Assembly: GCA_965217865.1 (NCBI GenBank)
Contig: CBDCJO010000002.1
Coordinates: forward strand, 1,216,001-1,280,000
Direction of reading: 5' to 3'
Origin: Candidatus Latescibacterota bacterium
GTDB lineage: Bacteria; Latescibacterota; UBA2968; SICM01
Length of the DNA: 64,000 nt
Shown here: in pieces, positions 48,939 through 60,152 of the stretch
Numbering within the stretch: the stretch's first letter is position 1
How the letters are laid out: every line of letters starts with the position of its first letter
The notes under the pieces: model-generated
Database searches by the model: none
What the model was told of the DNA's origin: nothing
Seen by the model: only the letters and a program-made list of their open reading frames with translations
Made by a program: the position numbers and the translations under genes

Positions 48939-50588
48939 GTGCCAAAAAATCGAAATATCATCGGCCTTCTTGTTTTGGTGGTCGTTATTTTGGTCGGGTC
49001 TTTTGGGATCGACTATGTCCAGGCGTACGGCCGGGGAACATCCATCCAGCAATGGGGCGTACTCAATCGCATCGCCTACCTCATCCGTGAAAATTATGTT
49101 GAGGAGGTCGAACAGAAGAAGCTGATCGACGGGGCGATCGAAGGTATGCTGATGAAGCTCGACCCCCACTCCACCTATATTTTGCCTGAAGACAGCAAAC
49201 TCGTCCAGGAAAGGTTTGAAGGGGAATTCGAGGGGATCGGCATTCATTTCGATATCATCAATAACATTCTAACCGTCCTGTCGCCGATTCCGGGTTCACC
49301 GGCCTACGCGGTAGGCCTTCAGCCCGGGGACAAAATTGTAAAAATCGAAGGAAAATCGGCCATCGGAATCAAAAGCTACCAGGTGATGGAAAAACTGAAA
49401 GGGCCAAAGGGCACAAAAGTTCGTGTTACCGTCAGGCGAGAGGGAGAGGAAAACCTCCTTGAATTCACGATCACCCGGGACAAGATCGACATTCCGAGCG
49501 TACAGCCTGCCTTTATGATCCGGCCCGGCGTGGCCTATATCAAAATAACCCGCTTTTCCAAAAAGACCGCGGAGGAGTTTGATGAAGCCCTTCATCGACT
49601 CAAAGAAAATGGCATGGAAAAGCTCATCCTCAATCTGATAAACAATGGAGGGGGATATCTTGACCAGGCCGTCGCGGTTGCTCAGCATTTCATCGACAAA
49701 GAGAAGATGATTGTCTATACCCAGGGTCGCCGTTCAAATTCAAGTGAGGAACATCGATCCCAGCGGGAAATCGCCCACGAACCCTACCCCATCATTATCC
49801 TGATCAACAACGTCTCCGCTTCTGCGTCAGAAATCGTCGCGGGGGCCCTGCAGGACCACGACCGAGCCCTGATCGCGGGCCAGACGAGTTTTGGAAAAGG
49901 GCTGGTTCAAAATAAGTTTGACCTGAAAAACGGCGGCGCCGTACTGTTGACCGTAGCGCGCTATTATACTCCGAGCGGAAGACTGATCCAACGTCCCTAC
50001 ACCGAAGACCGAGTCTCCTACATACAGGAGGCTGGCACCAGTCAGGTTGATTCCGTCGGGGAAACCGAAAGGCCTGTTTATTATACGATGAATCTCCGAA
50101 GAAAGGTTTATGGCGGAGGTGGGATCGCCCCGGATGTGGTTTTGACACCGGACACAATGAACGTCTTCGAGCGACGCCTGAACAGGCACAATGTCCTGTT
50201 CGAATTTGCCAATCGGTATGTCGGTAAACACCGGACCGAGTTGAACGATCTGGAAACCTTCATCGAAAGTTTCCACACGACCGAAGAGGATATCGAGGAG
50301 ATCAAAAGGTTCATTCAAGACAAGGGGATTGAGGGGGGAGAGGCGGCTTTCCGGGAGAGCCGCGATTTCATTCGACGTATCGTCATGCAGGAGATCGCCC
50401 TCTCCAGATGGGGCCGAGAAGCCCTGGTCCGGGTTCAGGCCAGCCTCAGTCCGGAAGTCCAAAAAGCCCTGGGGCTGTTCGATCAAGCGTCGTCGATTCT
50501 GGCAAGATCGGAACAGGGGACCCCGGATGCTGCCTCAAGTCGTGTTCCTGAAACTGAAGAGCGATCTAAAGCCGGAAGAATTCGATAG
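48939..50588 (+). CDS. ctpA: Carboxyl-terminal processing protease, S41 family
   Basis: LDPHS, GEFEGIG PDZ domain, NGGGYL, SASASEIVAGALQDHDR, SFGKGLVQ, RYYTPSGR. Confidence 0.92.
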   Translation: MPKNRNIIGLLVLVVVILVGSFGIDYVQAYGRGTSIQQWGVLNRIAYLIRENYVEEVEQKKLIDGAIEGMLMKLDPHSTYILPEDSKLVQERFEGEFEGIGIHFDIINNILTVLSPIPGSPAYAVGLQPGDKIVKIEGKSAIGIKSYQVMEKLKGPKGTKVRVTVRREGEENLLEFTITRDKIDIPSVQPAFMIRPGVAYIKITRFSKKTAEEFDEALHRLKENGMEKLILNLINNGGGYLDQAVAVAQHFIDKEKMIVYTQGRRSNSSEEHRSQREIAHEPYPIIILINNVSASASEIVAGALQDHDRALIAGQTSFGKGLVQNKFDLKNGGAVLLTVARYYTPSGRLIQRPYTEDRVSYIQEAGTSQVDSVGETERPVYYTMNLRRKVYGGGGIAPDVVLTPDTMNVFERRLNRHNVLFEFANRYVGKHRTELNDLETFIESFHTTEEDIEEIKRFIQDKGIEGGEAAFRESRDFIRRIVMQEIALSRWGREALVRVQASLSPEVQKALGLFDQASSILARSEQGTPDAASSRVPETEERSKAGRIR

Positions 50589-50606
50589 GACTGAAAGGAG
50601 TCTTTG

Positions 50607-51605
50607 ATGGGTTGGAATATCTTTGTCACCCGGTTGCTGCCAAAGCCAGGGATGGACCTTCTATACGAACAATGCGATGTAGTCGACGTGAATCCCAACG
50701 ATCGAATGCTTACAAGGGATGAATTTCTCGATAACATCAAAGGCCGTGACGGTGTGATCACCCTGCTCACAGAACGCGTGGACCAGGAGGCCTGTGAGGT
50801 GGCCGACAGGACCCTCATTTTCGCGAATTACGCCGTGGGGTTCAATAACATCGACGTCCCGACATGCACGAAGTACGGCATCCAGGTCTCAAACACCCCG
50901 GGCGTACTGACCGAGGCGACCTCCGATATGGCGTGGGCGCTTCTTTTTTCATTGACCCGGAGGATCGTTGAATCTGATAAATTCCTCAGAGCTGGCAATT
51001 ACGAAGGTTGGGCGCCGATGATGTATCGAGGGGGAGACATCGTGGGCAAGACCCTCGGAATCTGCGGGGCCGGCCGCATCGGGACCTCAATGGCCAAGAA
51101 ATCCAGGGGTTGGGATATGAAAGTCCTCTACTGCGACCTCTACCGCAACGAGAAATTGGAAAAAGACCTGGGGGCCCGTCAAGTCGATAAGGAAACCCTG
51201 TTGAAGGAATCGGACTTCATCTCCCTTCACGTGTCGCTTGACCCCGGGACAACCCACTACATCGGGGAAAAGGAACTCAAGATGATGAAGCCCACGGCAT
51301 ACCTGATCAATACCTCCCGGGGACCTGTCGTAGACGAACAAGTCCTCGTTCACGCCCTCAGGGAGGGATGGATCGCCGGGGCCGGTCTCGATGTGTTCGA
51401 AAGCGAACCGCTTCTGACGCCTGGGCTGGTGGGTTTGGACAACGTCGTGATCTGTCCTCACATTGCCAGCGCCACGGTTCAAACCCGCAACGACATGGCA
51501 ACCCTGGCCGCGGAAAACCTGTTCGCCGCACTCAAAGGGGAAAAGCCCCCTACGATCGTGAACCCCGAAGTCCTGGACGCCCCAAATCTTCGGAAGCTAT
51601 CGTAA
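50607..51605 (+). CDS. D-2-hydroxyacid dehydrogenase (glyoxylate/hydroxypyruvate reductase-like)
   Basis: AVGFNNID, NTPGVLTEAT, GAGRIG, INTSRGPVVDE, GLDVFE.EP, PHIASAT. Confidence 0.9.
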   Translation: MGWNIFVTRLLPKPGMDLLYEQCDVVDVNPNDRMLTRDEFLDNIKGRDGVITLLTERVDQEACEVADRTLIFANYAVGFNNIDVPTCTKYGIQVSNTPGVLTEATSDMAWALLFSLTRRIVESDKFLRAGNYEGWAPMMYRGGDIVGKTLGICGAGRIGTSMAKKSRGWDMKVLYCDLYRNEKLEKDLGARQVDKETLLKESDFISLHVSLDPGTTHYIGEKELKMMKPTAYLINTSRGPVVDEQVLVHALREGWIAGAGLDVFESEPLLTPGLVGLDNVVICPHIASATVQTRNDMATLAAENLFAALKGEKPPTIVNPEVLDAPNLRKLS

Positions 51606-51638
51606 CGACATCGCAAATTTTTAGGTAATGAGGTAATA

Positions 51639-52337
51639 GTGATGGCCATCGAGCAACCCATCGCCAAATCCGGCACCGTTGAGATTGCCAAGCAGATCAA
51701 TCTGTCTTGGAGCAAGGCGGTGGAGATCAGCATCAACAGCGTTCGAATTCGGTTCGGTCGGTCTATGATCACCTCAAGCGGCATCATCCTGGCCATCGCA
51801 TTCTTGATGTCGATCTGGACAACCAACGCCATTATCTCAGAGCTCAAGAAGGCCAACGACCCCATCATCAACCTCCAGCTCCAACAAAAGGGCGTCGATA
51901 TCGAGGGGGGCAGCGAATCGGCGATCCAGGAAAGATCGAAGAACACCTGGTTGGTGGTCCTATCCCTCCTGGTCTGCCTGGTGGGAATTACCAACGCGAT
52001 GCTCATGTCCGTCACTGAACGGTTTCGTGAGATTGGGACAATGAAATGTTTGGGGGCACTCGATTCGTTCATCATCAAACTTTTTCTCCTTGAATCCGCT
52101 TTCCAGGGAAGTGCAGGTACGATCATCGGCGTGGGTGTCGGGCTTCTCCTGACCCTTCTGCTGAACCTGGTGAGCTATGGAAGCTTGATCTTCGGATATC
52201 TTCCGGGAATTGAAATTCTGAAAAGCGGGATCTTAGCCATTGCCATCGGTTCCTTTCTTTCGCTGGCCGGAGGCATCCTGCCCGCCTACAGGGCGGCCAA
52301 GATGGAACCTGTCGATGCCATGCGGTTGGAAGTCTAG
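51639..52337 (+). CDS. Minimal FtsX/MacB-family ABC permease
   Basis: Four TM helices; GITNAMLMSVTERFREIGTMKCLGA; PAYRAAKMEPVDAMR. Confidence 0.88.
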   Translation: MMAIEQPIAKSGTVEIAKQINLSWSKAVEISINSVRIRFGRSMITSSGIILAIAFLMSIWTTNAIISELKKANDPIINLQLQQKGVDIEGGSESAIQERSKNTWLVVLSLLVCLVGITNAMLMSVTERFREIGTMKCLGALDSFIIKLFLLESAFQGSAGTIIGVGVGLLLTLLLNLVSYGSLIFGYLPGIEILKSGILAIAIGSFLSLAGGILPAYRAAKMEPVDAMRLEV

Positions 52338-52376
52338 ACCCGGGAATCGCATTCCAACAAGAAAGCAGGTTAGTCC

Positions 52377-53105
52377 ATGGCAATTGTGCGGACGCAGGAA
52401 GTAAAAAAGGTTTATAAAATGGGGGAAACCGATCTGGAGGCCCTTAAGGGAGTCGACATCGAGATCGAGACGGGGGAGTATATTTCGATCATGGGCCCAT
52501 CCGGATCAGGAAAAACCACCCTCTTCAACATGGTCGGAGGCTTGGATAAGCCGACCGACGGAAAGGTCTACATCGACGATGTGGACGTTGCGCAACTGGA
52601 TGCCTATGAATTGGCTTGGCTCCGCTGCCGGAAGATCGGATATATCTTTCAATCATTTAACCTCATCCCGGTGATGACCGCCCTCGAGAACGTCACCCTC
52701 CCGATGGTGTTCGCCGGACTCACATCCGACGACGCCCGGGACAAAGGCGTCCGTTTGCTGAACAGGGTCGGGCTTGGTGAGAGGGTCACTCACAAACCTT
52801 ATGAACTGTCCGGGGGCCAACAACAACGCGTGGCCGTCGCACGAGCCATGGCCAACGATCCCGCGATTGTCCTGGCGGATGAACCGACTGGGAACCTTGA
52901 TCTAAAGACCGGGACGGAGATCATAAATCTGCTCCGCGAGATGAACAAAGAGTCGGGCGTCACCGTCGTCACAGCCACTCACGACCACAAGATGCTCGAC
53001 GTTTCCGACAGGGTCGTCTGGATCTCCGACGGCCTAATTGAAAAAATCATGAATCGTGAGGACCTGAAGATCGAAGTGGGAACGATCGACGGACAGACCC
53101 AGTAA
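52377..53105 (+). CDS. ABC transporter ATP-binding protein (LolD/MacB type)
   Basis: [35 protein letters not shown]. Confidence 0.93.
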   Translation: MAIVRTQEVKKVYKMGETDLEALKGVDIEIETGEYISIMGPSGSGKTTLFNMVGGLDKPTDGKVYIDDVDVAQLDAYELAWLRCRKIGYIFQSFNLIPVMTALENVTLPMVFAGLTSDDARDKGVRLLNRVGLGERVTHKPYELSGGQQQRVAVARAMANDPAIVLADEPTGNLDLKTGTEIINLLREMNKESGVTVVTATHDHKMLDVSDRVVWISDGLIEKIMNREDLKIEVGTIDGQTQ

Positions 53106-53144
53106 ATCGATCTGTTTCCGTCAGCTATTTGGGCATTATTGCCC

Positions 53145-53173
53145 TTGACTTCCTCCCTTAAATCTATTATCTT
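53145..53173 (+). promoter_or_regulatory. Sigma70 promoter of the aromatic operon leader
   Basis: TTGACT-N17-TATCTT, 29 nt before the leader ATG. Confidence 0.7.
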
Positions 53174-53202
53174 GTGAGCTAATCTTTCAAAGGAATTCGA
53201 AA

Positions 53203-53289
53203 ATGGTTCAAAAAGGGGCGATCTTTTTCGATTATTTCCGCGCTTATTGGTGGGAGCGTGCACTTGAGGAGGACTGCCCATTGCACTGA
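53203..53289 (+). CDS. trpL: Attenuator leader peptide MVQKGAIFFDYFRAYWWERALEEDCPLH
   Basis: Manual translation; AAGGA RBS; 7 aromatic codons within 10 (3 Phe, 2 Tyr, 2 Trp); lies between a promoter and a terminator upstream of trpE. Confidence 0.85.
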   Translation: MVQKGAIFFDYFRAYWWERALEEDCPLH

Positions 53290-53324
53290 CTGTCTTTGAC
53301 CTGAACGATAGGATACAAAAAGAA

Positions 53325-53360
53325 GCCGTGGGCACCTTTAACCGCCCACGGCCTTTTTTT
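53325..53360 (+). terminator. Attenuator terminator hairpin
   Basis: gccgtgggc (53325-53333) / gcccacggc (53344-53352), perfect 9-bp stem, then c and T7. Confidence 0.88.
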
Positions 53361-53583
53361 ATTCGAAGGTCCCGCTCGCGGGGCAGAAGGGAAAGCGATT
53401 TTCCCCTCGCTCCCCGCACCTTGACTTTTAGGTGGATGTGTAGTATATAATCAGGTTAAGCCGAGGCATTTCTACGGATCCGGCAATCGTCGGTTTGATT
53501 CTCACGCTCCCTCGATTTTAGCGGAATCCGCCCAGGATCCGAATATTCCAAGAGAAGGTTTTCTATTCCGATCAGGAGCCGGT

Positions 53584-55068
53584 TTGATCCGACCAACGCT
53601 CGAAGAAATAGAGGGGATGTCCAAAGAGGGAAATACAGTCCCGGTGTACAGGGAACTGCTTGGAGATACCGAGACCCCCGTATCCGCATACTTGAAGATT
53701 CGGGCCCGAGACCCATACTCCTTCCTGTTCGAAAGCGTGGAAGGTGGGGAAAAGATCGCCCGATATTCCTTCCTCGGCATCGCACCCTTTATGATCTTCC
53801 GGAGCCGGGGCCATCGTATCACGGTTGAAGATCGCGTGCGGAAGGATACCAGGTCTTTTGACGGGGACCCGATCGCAGAACTTCGAACGCAGATACGCCG
53901 CTTCCGTTCCGTCCACCTCAAGGGGTTGCCGCGGTTTACCGGGGGGGCGGTGGGATATGTCTCTTACGACGCCATCCGCCTGAGCGAAGACATCCCCGAT
54001 TCGACTTTGGACGATCTGAACCTAGACGAAATCTTCTTTCTCTTTTTCGACACACTGATGGCCTTCGATAACCTCAAGCACAGAATTCTGCTGATTTCCA
54101 ACGTGTTAATAGATGCTGAAGAGGGAAGCCTGGCCGAACGATATGATAAAGCCCTGGAACGGATCGAATCCTTGGAAGAGGCGCTTGGGGGACCCACCCA
54201 AGTCTCCACCAGGAACGGCTCTGGCGGATGCAGGCTCTCATCGAACATGGCAAAGGAAGACTACCTCGAAAAGGTGCGGATTTGCAAGGAATACATCCTG
54301 GCAGGAGACATCTTTCAGGTGGTGTTATCCCAGCGGTTCCGGACCCAATTGACCGTCGACCCGTTCGAAATCTACAGGATGCTCCGGATCGTCAATCCCT
54401 CCCCTTACATGTTCAATGTGTCTTTTGACGGGCTTCACCTGGTGGGGGCATCGCCGGAGCTCCTGGTCCGTGTTGAAGATGACTTGGTCCAGGTGCGGCC
54501 CATCGCCGGAACACGATGGCGGGGTGAAACCGACGAAGAGGACAACGCCCTGGAGCTTGAGCTCCTGTCGGACCCCAAAGACCGCGCCGAACATATCATG
54601 CTCGTGGACCTGGGGCGAAACGATGTGGGAAGAGTGGCCTGTTTTGACACCGTTCGTGTGACCGAACAGATGATCGTCGAGCGTTACTCCCACGTCATGC
54701 ACATCGTCTCAAACGTGATCGGTCGACTAAGACCTGATGTGGATCCCCTGGACGCCCTCTTCGCCTGTTACCCGGCGGGTACAGTCTCGGGCGCTCCAAA
54801 AATTCGAGCGATGGAGATCCTCGACGAACTCGAACCGACCCGGCGGGGGATCTATGCCGGCGCAGTTGGCTACCTGGACTTTAACGGAAACCTCGACACC
54901 TGCATTGCCATCCGGACCATTGTCATCAAAGACGGAGTGGCCTATATCCAGGCTGGCGGCGGCCTTGTCGCCGACTCCGTCCCTGAGGAAGAATACCAGG
55001 AGACCGTTAACAAATCCAAGGCCATGATCCGGGCAATCGAAATGGCTCAGAAGGGTGAATTGATGTAA
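53584..55068 (+). CDS. trpE: Anthranilate synthase component I
   Basis: [57 protein letters not shown]; TTG start with AGGAG RBS. Confidence 0.96.
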   Translation: MIRPTLEEIEGMSKEGNTVPVYRELLGDTETPVSAYLKIRARDPYSFLFESVEGGEKIARYSFLGIAPFMIFRSRGHRITVEDRVRKDTRSFDGDPIAELRTQIRRFRSVHLKGLPRFTGGAVGYVSYDAIRLSEDIPDSTLDDLNLDEIFFLFFDTLMAFDNLKHRILLISNVLIDAEEGSLAERYDKALERIESLEEALGGPTQVSTRNGSGGCRLSSNMAKEDYLEKVRICKEYILAGDIFQVVLSQRFRTQLTVDPFEIYRMLRIVNPSPYMFNVSFDGLHLVGASPELLVRVEDDLVQVRPIAGTRWRGETDEEDNALELELLSDPKDRAEHIMLVDLGRNDVGRVACFDTVRVTEQMIVERYSHVMHIVSNVIGRLRPDVDPLDALFACYPAGTVSGAPKIRAMEILDELEPTRRGIYAGAVGYLDFNGNLDTCIAIRTIVIKDGVAYIQAGGGLVADSVPEEEYQETVNKSKAMIRAIEMAQKGELM

Positions 55069-55631
55069 TGGTCCTCGTGATCGACAACTATGATTCTTTC
55101 ACCTACAATCTTGTCCAGTACCTCGGAGAGTTGGGTGCGAAAATGCAGGTCTTCCGGAACGATAAGATCACCCTCGACCAGATTGAAGAGATGGCCCCTC
55201 GGAAAATCCTCATGTCACCCGGTCCTGGTACTCCCGACAATGCTGGCATATGCCTGAGCCTGGTGAGGCAATTCTCAGGGGTGATCCCTATGCTCGGCGT
55301 TTGCCTGGGACACCAGGCCATCGGCCAGGCCTTCGGGGGAGAGATCATTCGCGCCCCTTATCTGATGCACGGAAAAGTGTCCCAGATTCATCACGATGGC
55401 CGCACCCTGTTTCAAAGTTTGGAGAATCCTTTCACGGCCACGCGCTATCACTCTCTGATCGTGAAACGAGAGAACCTTCCGGATTGTCTGGAGATCTCCG
55501 CGGAAACGGAAGACGGGCTGATCATGGGTTTCAGACACCGTACCCATCCGGTGGAAGGTGTACAATTCCATCCCGAATCGATCCTGACCCCCTCGGGGAA
55601 AAAATTCCTCAAGTCCTTCCTGGATTCTTGA
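55068..55631 (+). CDS. trpG: Anthranilate synthase component II
   Basis: [34 protein letters not shown]. Confidence 0.95.
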   Translation: MVLVIDNYDSFTYNLVQYLGELGAKMQVFRNDKITLDQIEEMAPRKILMSPGPGTPDNAGICLSLVRQFSGVIPMLGVCLGHQAIGQAFGGEIIRAPYLMHGKVSQIHHDGRTLFQSLENPFTATRYHSLIVKRENLPDCLEISAETEDGLIMGFRHRTHPVEGVQFHPESILTPSGKKFLKSFLDS

Positions 55632-55662
55632 TGCCTTAATCGATAAAGATGTGAGGAAGCTT

Positions 55663-56676
55663 ATGATTCGTGAAGCCATTTCCAAACTGATAGATGGACG
55701 GCACCTCACGCAGGTCGAAGCCGCCGGGGTGATGGAAGGAATTATGTCCGGGGAGTCCACTCCCGCTCAGATCGGAGCCTTTCTCATCGCACTCCGAATT
55801 AAGGGGGAGACGGTTGATGAGATCGCGGGGTGCGCAGAAGCCATGCGGGGGAAGGCCACGCGGATTACAACCCGTCACCCCTCTGTTGTCGATACGTGTG
55901 GAACAGGCGGCGATAATTCATCCACCTTCAACATTTCCACCGCGGCCGCTTTCGTCCTGGCTGGGGCTGGCCTCTGCGTGGCCAAGCACGGAAACAGAGC
56001 GATGTCCAGCCGATGTGGGAGCGCTGATGTGCTGAAGGCACTGGGTATCAACCTGGACCTTACCCCAGAGCAGGTTGGACGCTGCCTGGACGAAGTGGGA
56101 ATCGGGTTTCTCTTCGCGCCCATGCTCCACACGGCGATGAAACACGCCGTCGGACCTAGGCGGGAAATCGGGACCCGGACGGTGTTCAACGTCCTCGGCC
56201 CCCTGACGAATCCTGCCGGAGCCCGCAGGCAACTGATCGGGGTTTACAGTCCGACCCTGACGGACATATTGGCAGAGGTTCTCCTCCGGCTCGGTTCCGA
56301 GAGGGCGTTCGTGGTACACGGGTCGGATGGATTGGATGAGATCACAACGACGGGGGAAACCAAAGTCAGCGAGTTGCGGGACGGTACGGTCCAAACCTAC
56401 CCCATCCAGCCGGAAGACTTCGGATTGAAAAGGGCGTCCCTTCAGGACCTCAAAGGGGCCGATGAGGAGACGAATGCTAAGATCCTCACAGATGTGTTGA
56501 AGGGTGCAGAGGGCCCCAAACGAGACGCCGTGCTCCTCAATGCCGCTGCCGGCATCACCGCCGGAGGGAGTGCGCCTGATATCGGCGAGGGCATCTCCAT
56601 CGCACGGGATTCGATCGATTCAGGACGAGCCATGAAAAAACTGGAGGGGTTGCGGAAAATGAGCAACGCCGGGTAA
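55663..56676 (+). CDS. trpD: Anthranilate phosphoribosyltransferase
   Basis: DTCGTGGD, FNIST, KHGNR, GSADVL, NVLGPLTNP, DGLDEI. Confidence 0.96.
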   Translation: MIREAISKLIDGRHLTQVEAAGVMEGIMSGESTPAQIGAFLIALRIKGETVDEIAGCAEAMRGKATRITTRHPSVVDTCGTGGDNSSTFNISTAAAFVLAGAGLCVAKHGNRAMSSRCGSADVLKALGINLDLTPEQVGRCLDEVGIGFLFAPMLHTAMKHAVGPRREIGTRTVFNVLGPLTNPAGARRQLIGVYSPTLTDILAEVLLRLGSERAFVVHGSDGLDEITTTGETKVSELRDGTVQTYPIQPEDFGLKRASLQDLKGADEETNAKILTDVLKGAEGPKRDAVLLNAAAGITAGGSAPDIGEGISIARDSIDSGRAMKKLEGLRKMSNAG

Positions 56677-56704
56677 ATCCGTCGACCAGCAGGTAAGCGC
56701 GTTT

Positions 56705-57496
56705 ATGTCTACGATCCTCGACGATATTGTCGCCTATAAGAGGGAGTTCATCGACGAATGCAAACGACGGATTCCCCTTGAAAGCCTGAATGCGCCCGCT
56801 GCGGGGGAATCCGCTGAGACCGACTTCAAAACCGCGCTTCAGAAGTCTAATGGCATCGGCGTTATCGCTGAGATCAAGAAGGCGTCCCCTTCAAAAGGGA
56901 TCATCAGGGAGGATCTCGAACCCGTTGAGATCGCCGGGATCTACGAGACAAATGGGGCGAGGGCCATCTCTGTCCTCACGGACGAGCGGTACTTCCAGGG
57001 AAGCGCGTGCACCTTGACTCAGGTCCGTCAGGTCACCGAACTCCCGATCCTCAGGAAGGACTTCATTATCGATCCCTACCAGATCTATGAAGCCCGGGCG
57101 ATCGGCGCAAACGCCGTCCTGCTCATCGTTCGCATCCTCTCGACCCAACAACTGAGGGACTATCTCGATCTTTCCCACGGCTTGAGCCTGGACGCCCTCG
57201 TGGAAGTCCATACTCAGGAGGAAATTGAGATCGCGCTTTCCGTGAACGCGCCGATCATCGGAATCAACAACCGGGATCTCCGTACCTTTCAGACGGACCT
57301 GAACGTGACCGAAAAGCTGATCGGGGGGTTGAAAGAGGATACGATCGCCGTCAGTGAGAGCGGTATCTACACCCGGAGAGACGTAGAGCGATTGCAAGAG
57401 GCCGGGGCGAACGCAGTCCTTGTGGGAGAAGGCCTGATGCGAGAACCGGACATCGGGAAAAAATTGCGAGAGTTGTTGGGACATGGTAAGGGTTAA
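56705..57496 (+). CDS. trpC: Indole-3-glycerol phosphate synthase
   Basis: IAEIKKASPSKG, SVLTD..YFQG, LRKDF, GINNRDL, SESGI. Confidence 0.96.
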   Translation: MSTILDDIVAYKREFIDECKRRIPLESLNAPAAGESAETDFKTALQKSNGIGVIAEIKKASPSKGIIREDLEPVEIAGIYETNGARAISVLTDERYFQGSACTLTQVRQVTELPILRKDFIIDPYQIYEARAIGANAVLLIVRILSTQQLRDYLDLSHGLSLDALVEVHTQEEIEIALSVNAPIIGINNRDLRTFQTDLNVTEKLIGGLKEDTIAVSESGIYTRRDVERLQEAGANAVLVGEGLMREPDIGKKLRELLGHGKG

Positions 57497-58145
57497 AATC
57501 TGCCGGACAACAACGCTGGAGGATGCCGAGTTTGCCGTTGAGAACGGGGCGGATGCCCTGGGCTTCATTTTTTATCCCATGGCCGCGTCCTACATCCAAC
57601 CGGAAAAGGCCGCAGCAATCGTTGAGAAACTCCCCCCTTTTGTCACATCCGTAGGGGTTTTCGTGGACGAACCACCTGATCGGGTTGCCGGGATCGCGGG
57701 TACGGTCGGGCTGCGCACGGTGCAGCTCCACGGGGAGGAAACCCCCGAGTACTGTCGGGCGCTCCAGGGCGTTCAAATAATCAAGGCATTCCGGGTGGTG
57801 GATGGGTTCGATACCGAACGGCTGGCCGACTATAAGGTGGACGCCTTCCTGTTGGATTCCTATGATCCGAAGCTAAAAGGCGGGACAGGACGCACCTTCA
57901 ATTGGGACGTTGCCGTGCACGCGAAGCGTTTCGGACGGGTCATCCTTTCAGGAGGACTGACGCCGGAAAACGTAGGGGAGGCAGTCGCACAGGTCAACCC
58001 CTACGGGGTGGACGTGGGGAGCGGGGTTGAGGCCGAACCCGGAAAAAAGGACAGGGACAAACTCCTTGCTTTCCTCTGGGCGGCAAGATCATCGGACCTC
58101 CAAGAACATTCCTTACGGGAGTCTCACCAGGATGGAAGCAGTTAA
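57483..58145 (+). CDS. trpF: Phosphoribosylanthranilate isomerase
   Basis: VKIC, VGVF, QLHGEE, GGTG..FNW, SGGL.PENV, GVD..SGVE. Confidence 0.94.
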   Translation: MVRVKICRTTTLEDAEFAVENGADALGFIFYPMAASYIQPEKAAAIVEKLPPFVTSVGVFVDEPPDRVAGIAGTVGLRTVQLHGEETPEYCRALQGVQIIKAFRVVDGFDTERLADYKVDAFLLDSYDPKLKGGTGRTFNWDVAVHAKRFGRVILSGGLTPENVGEAVAQVNPYGVDVGSGVEAEPGKKDRDKLLAFLWAARSSDLQEHSLRESHQDGSS

Positions 58146-59352
58146 TACGGAAGTGGCCTTCCACAACCTCCCCGACGAAACCGGACACTTCGGTGTCTAT
58201 GGCGGGCAGTTTGTGCCGGAGATCTTGATGGCTCTCCTGGAAGACCTGGAATCGGCCTACCGTCAGGCAAAGGACGATCCCTCGTTTCAAGAAGAACTCC
58301 GGCGCTATCTGAGGGAGTTCGTTGGAAGGCCCACGCCGCTTTACTTCGCACAACGGCTTACCGAGAAACTCGGAGGGGCCAAGATCTATTTGAAACGAGA
58401 GGACCTCTGCCATACCGGCGCGCACAAGATCAATAATACCATGGGTCAGATTCTCCTGGCCAGACGCATGGGCAAGAAGCGCATCATCGCGGAGACGGGA
58501 GCCGGGCAACACGGTGTCGCGACGGCCACGGTGGCGGCGATGTTCGGCCTGGAATGTGAGATCTTCATGGGTGTCGAAGATATGGAACGCCAGGGCTTAA
58601 ATGTATTCAGGATGCGCCTGCTCGGCTCCAGGGTAACAGCGGTAAAGTCAGGAAGCTGCACCCTCAAAGATGCGATCAACGAAGCGATTCGTGACTGGGT
58701 GACTAACGTTGAGTCCACCTTCTACATCTTCGGCTCGGTCCTGGGCCCTCACCCGTATCCGATGATGGTTCGGGACTTTCAGCGGGTCATCGGGACGGAG
58801 GTGCGGGACCAAATTCTCACCCTGGAAGGACGGCTGCCGGACGTGCTGGTGGCCTGCGTGGGGGGTGGGAGCAATGCGATGGGCCTGTTTCACGATTTTC
58901 TGAACGAAAAGGACGTCGCCATGGTCGGGGTGGAGGCCGGGGGATATGGCATCGCTTCAGGTAAGCACGCCGCGCGATTCCAGAACGGTCGGCTCGGGGT
59001 CCTGCACGGTGCTAAAATCTACCTCCTCCAGGATGATGACGGGCAGATCGGAATCACCCACTCCGTTTCCGCAGGGTTAGACTATTCGGGGGTAGGCCCC
59101 GAACACTGCCTTATGAAGGACAAGGGACGTATCGAATACACCTTCGCCACCGATGAAGAGGCGCTCGATGGATTCCGCTTGCTCAGCCAGACGGAGGGAA
59201 TCATCCCCGCCCTGGAGAGTGCTCACGCCATCGCGCACCTCCTCAAACTCGTCCCGAAAATGAGGTCCGATCAGATCGTTGTCGTCAATCTTTCCGGACG
59301 CGGCGACAAAGATGTACAGAGTGCGACAAAATTCATTAAGGATCTAGATTGA
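58132..59352 (+). CDS. trpB: Tryptophan synthase beta subunit
   Basis: [46 protein letters not shown]. Start moved to 58132. Confidence 0.97.
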   Translation: MEAVNTEVAFHNLPDETGHFGVYGGQFVPEILMALLEDLESAYRQAKDDPSFQEELRRYLREFVGRPTPLYFAQRLTEKLGGAKIYLKREDLCHTGAHKINNTMGQILLARRMGKKRIIAETGAGQHGVATATVAAMFGLECEIFMGVEDMERQGLNVFRMRLLGSRVTAVKSGSCTLKDAINEAIRDWVTNVESTFYIFGSVLGPHPYPMMVRDFQRVIGTEVRDQILTLEGRLPDVLVACVGGGSNAMGLFHDFLNEKDVAMVGVEAGGYGIASGKHAARFQNGRLGVLHGAKIYLLQDDDGQIGITHSVSAGLDYSGVGPEHCLMKDKGRIEYTFATDEEALDGFRLLSQTEGIIPALESAHAIAHLLKLVPKMRSDQIVVVNLSGRGDKDVQSATKFIKDLD

Positions 59353-60152
59353 GCCGCATATCGGGCAAGTTCAAAGAATTAAAGCGGAACAACCGAAAAG
59401 GGTTCATTGCCTACCTCACCGCCGGTGACCCGGATCTGGACAGTACCCGACGATTGATTTTGGAGTTTGACCGTCGGGGCGTGGACGTGGTAGAGCTTGG
59501 AATCCCATTCTCGGACCCCCTGGCGGACGGGCCCGTCATCCAGGAGGCCTCCCAGAGGGCGCTCGAAAAAGGGATTTCGATGGGCCAGATCCTGGATGCC
59601 GTCGCGGATCTGAGGCGGAAGACAGAGATCCCCATCGTCCTGTTCACCTACTTTAATCCGGTACACAATTACGGACTGGATCGTTTCGGGCACGATGTCC
59701 AGGCGGTCGGCGTAGATGGGGTCCTCGTTTTGGACCTTCCCCCGGAGGAAGGAAAAGACTATAAGCGGGTGATGGACGACCGGACGGTGGATACCGTTTT
59801 TCTCCTAACCCCCACCAGCAGAGAGGATCGCATTCGTCTGATCTCGGAGTGGTCCAGGGGTTTCATCTATTATGTATCTCGCACGGGCGTTACCGGGGAG
59901 CGGGAGAATTTGGAGGGGACCATCGGCTCCAAAGTTAAGAAAATTCGGGCTTATACTTCCAAACCCATCGCGGTTGGATTCGGAATCTCAAAACCTTCGC
60001 AATCGGAGGAAGTTGGACGTCACGCCGACGCCGTAGTCGTCGGCAGCGCCATCGTTAGACAGATCGGCGAGCTTGCAAATCAACCGGACATGGTGGACCG
60101 AGTTGGCGGGTTTGTGGGGACCCTCATCGAACCTCTCAAGGGAGGGGCATAG
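59349..60152 (+). CDS. trpA: Tryptophan synthase alpha subunit
   Basis: [37 protein letters not shown]. Confidence 0.97.
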   Translation: MSRISGKFKELKRNNRKGFIAYLTAGDPDLDSTRRLILEFDRRGVDVVELGIPFSDPLADGPVIQEASQRALEKGISMGQILDAVADLRRKTEIPIVLFTYFNPVHNYGLDRFGHDVQAVGVDGVLVLDLPPEEGKDYKRVMDDRTVDTVFLLTPTSREDRIRLISEWSRGFIYYVSRTGVTGERENLEGTIGSKVKKIRAYTSKPIAVGFGISKPSQSEEVGRHADAVVVGSAIVRQIGELANQPDMVDRVGGFVGTLIEPLKGGA

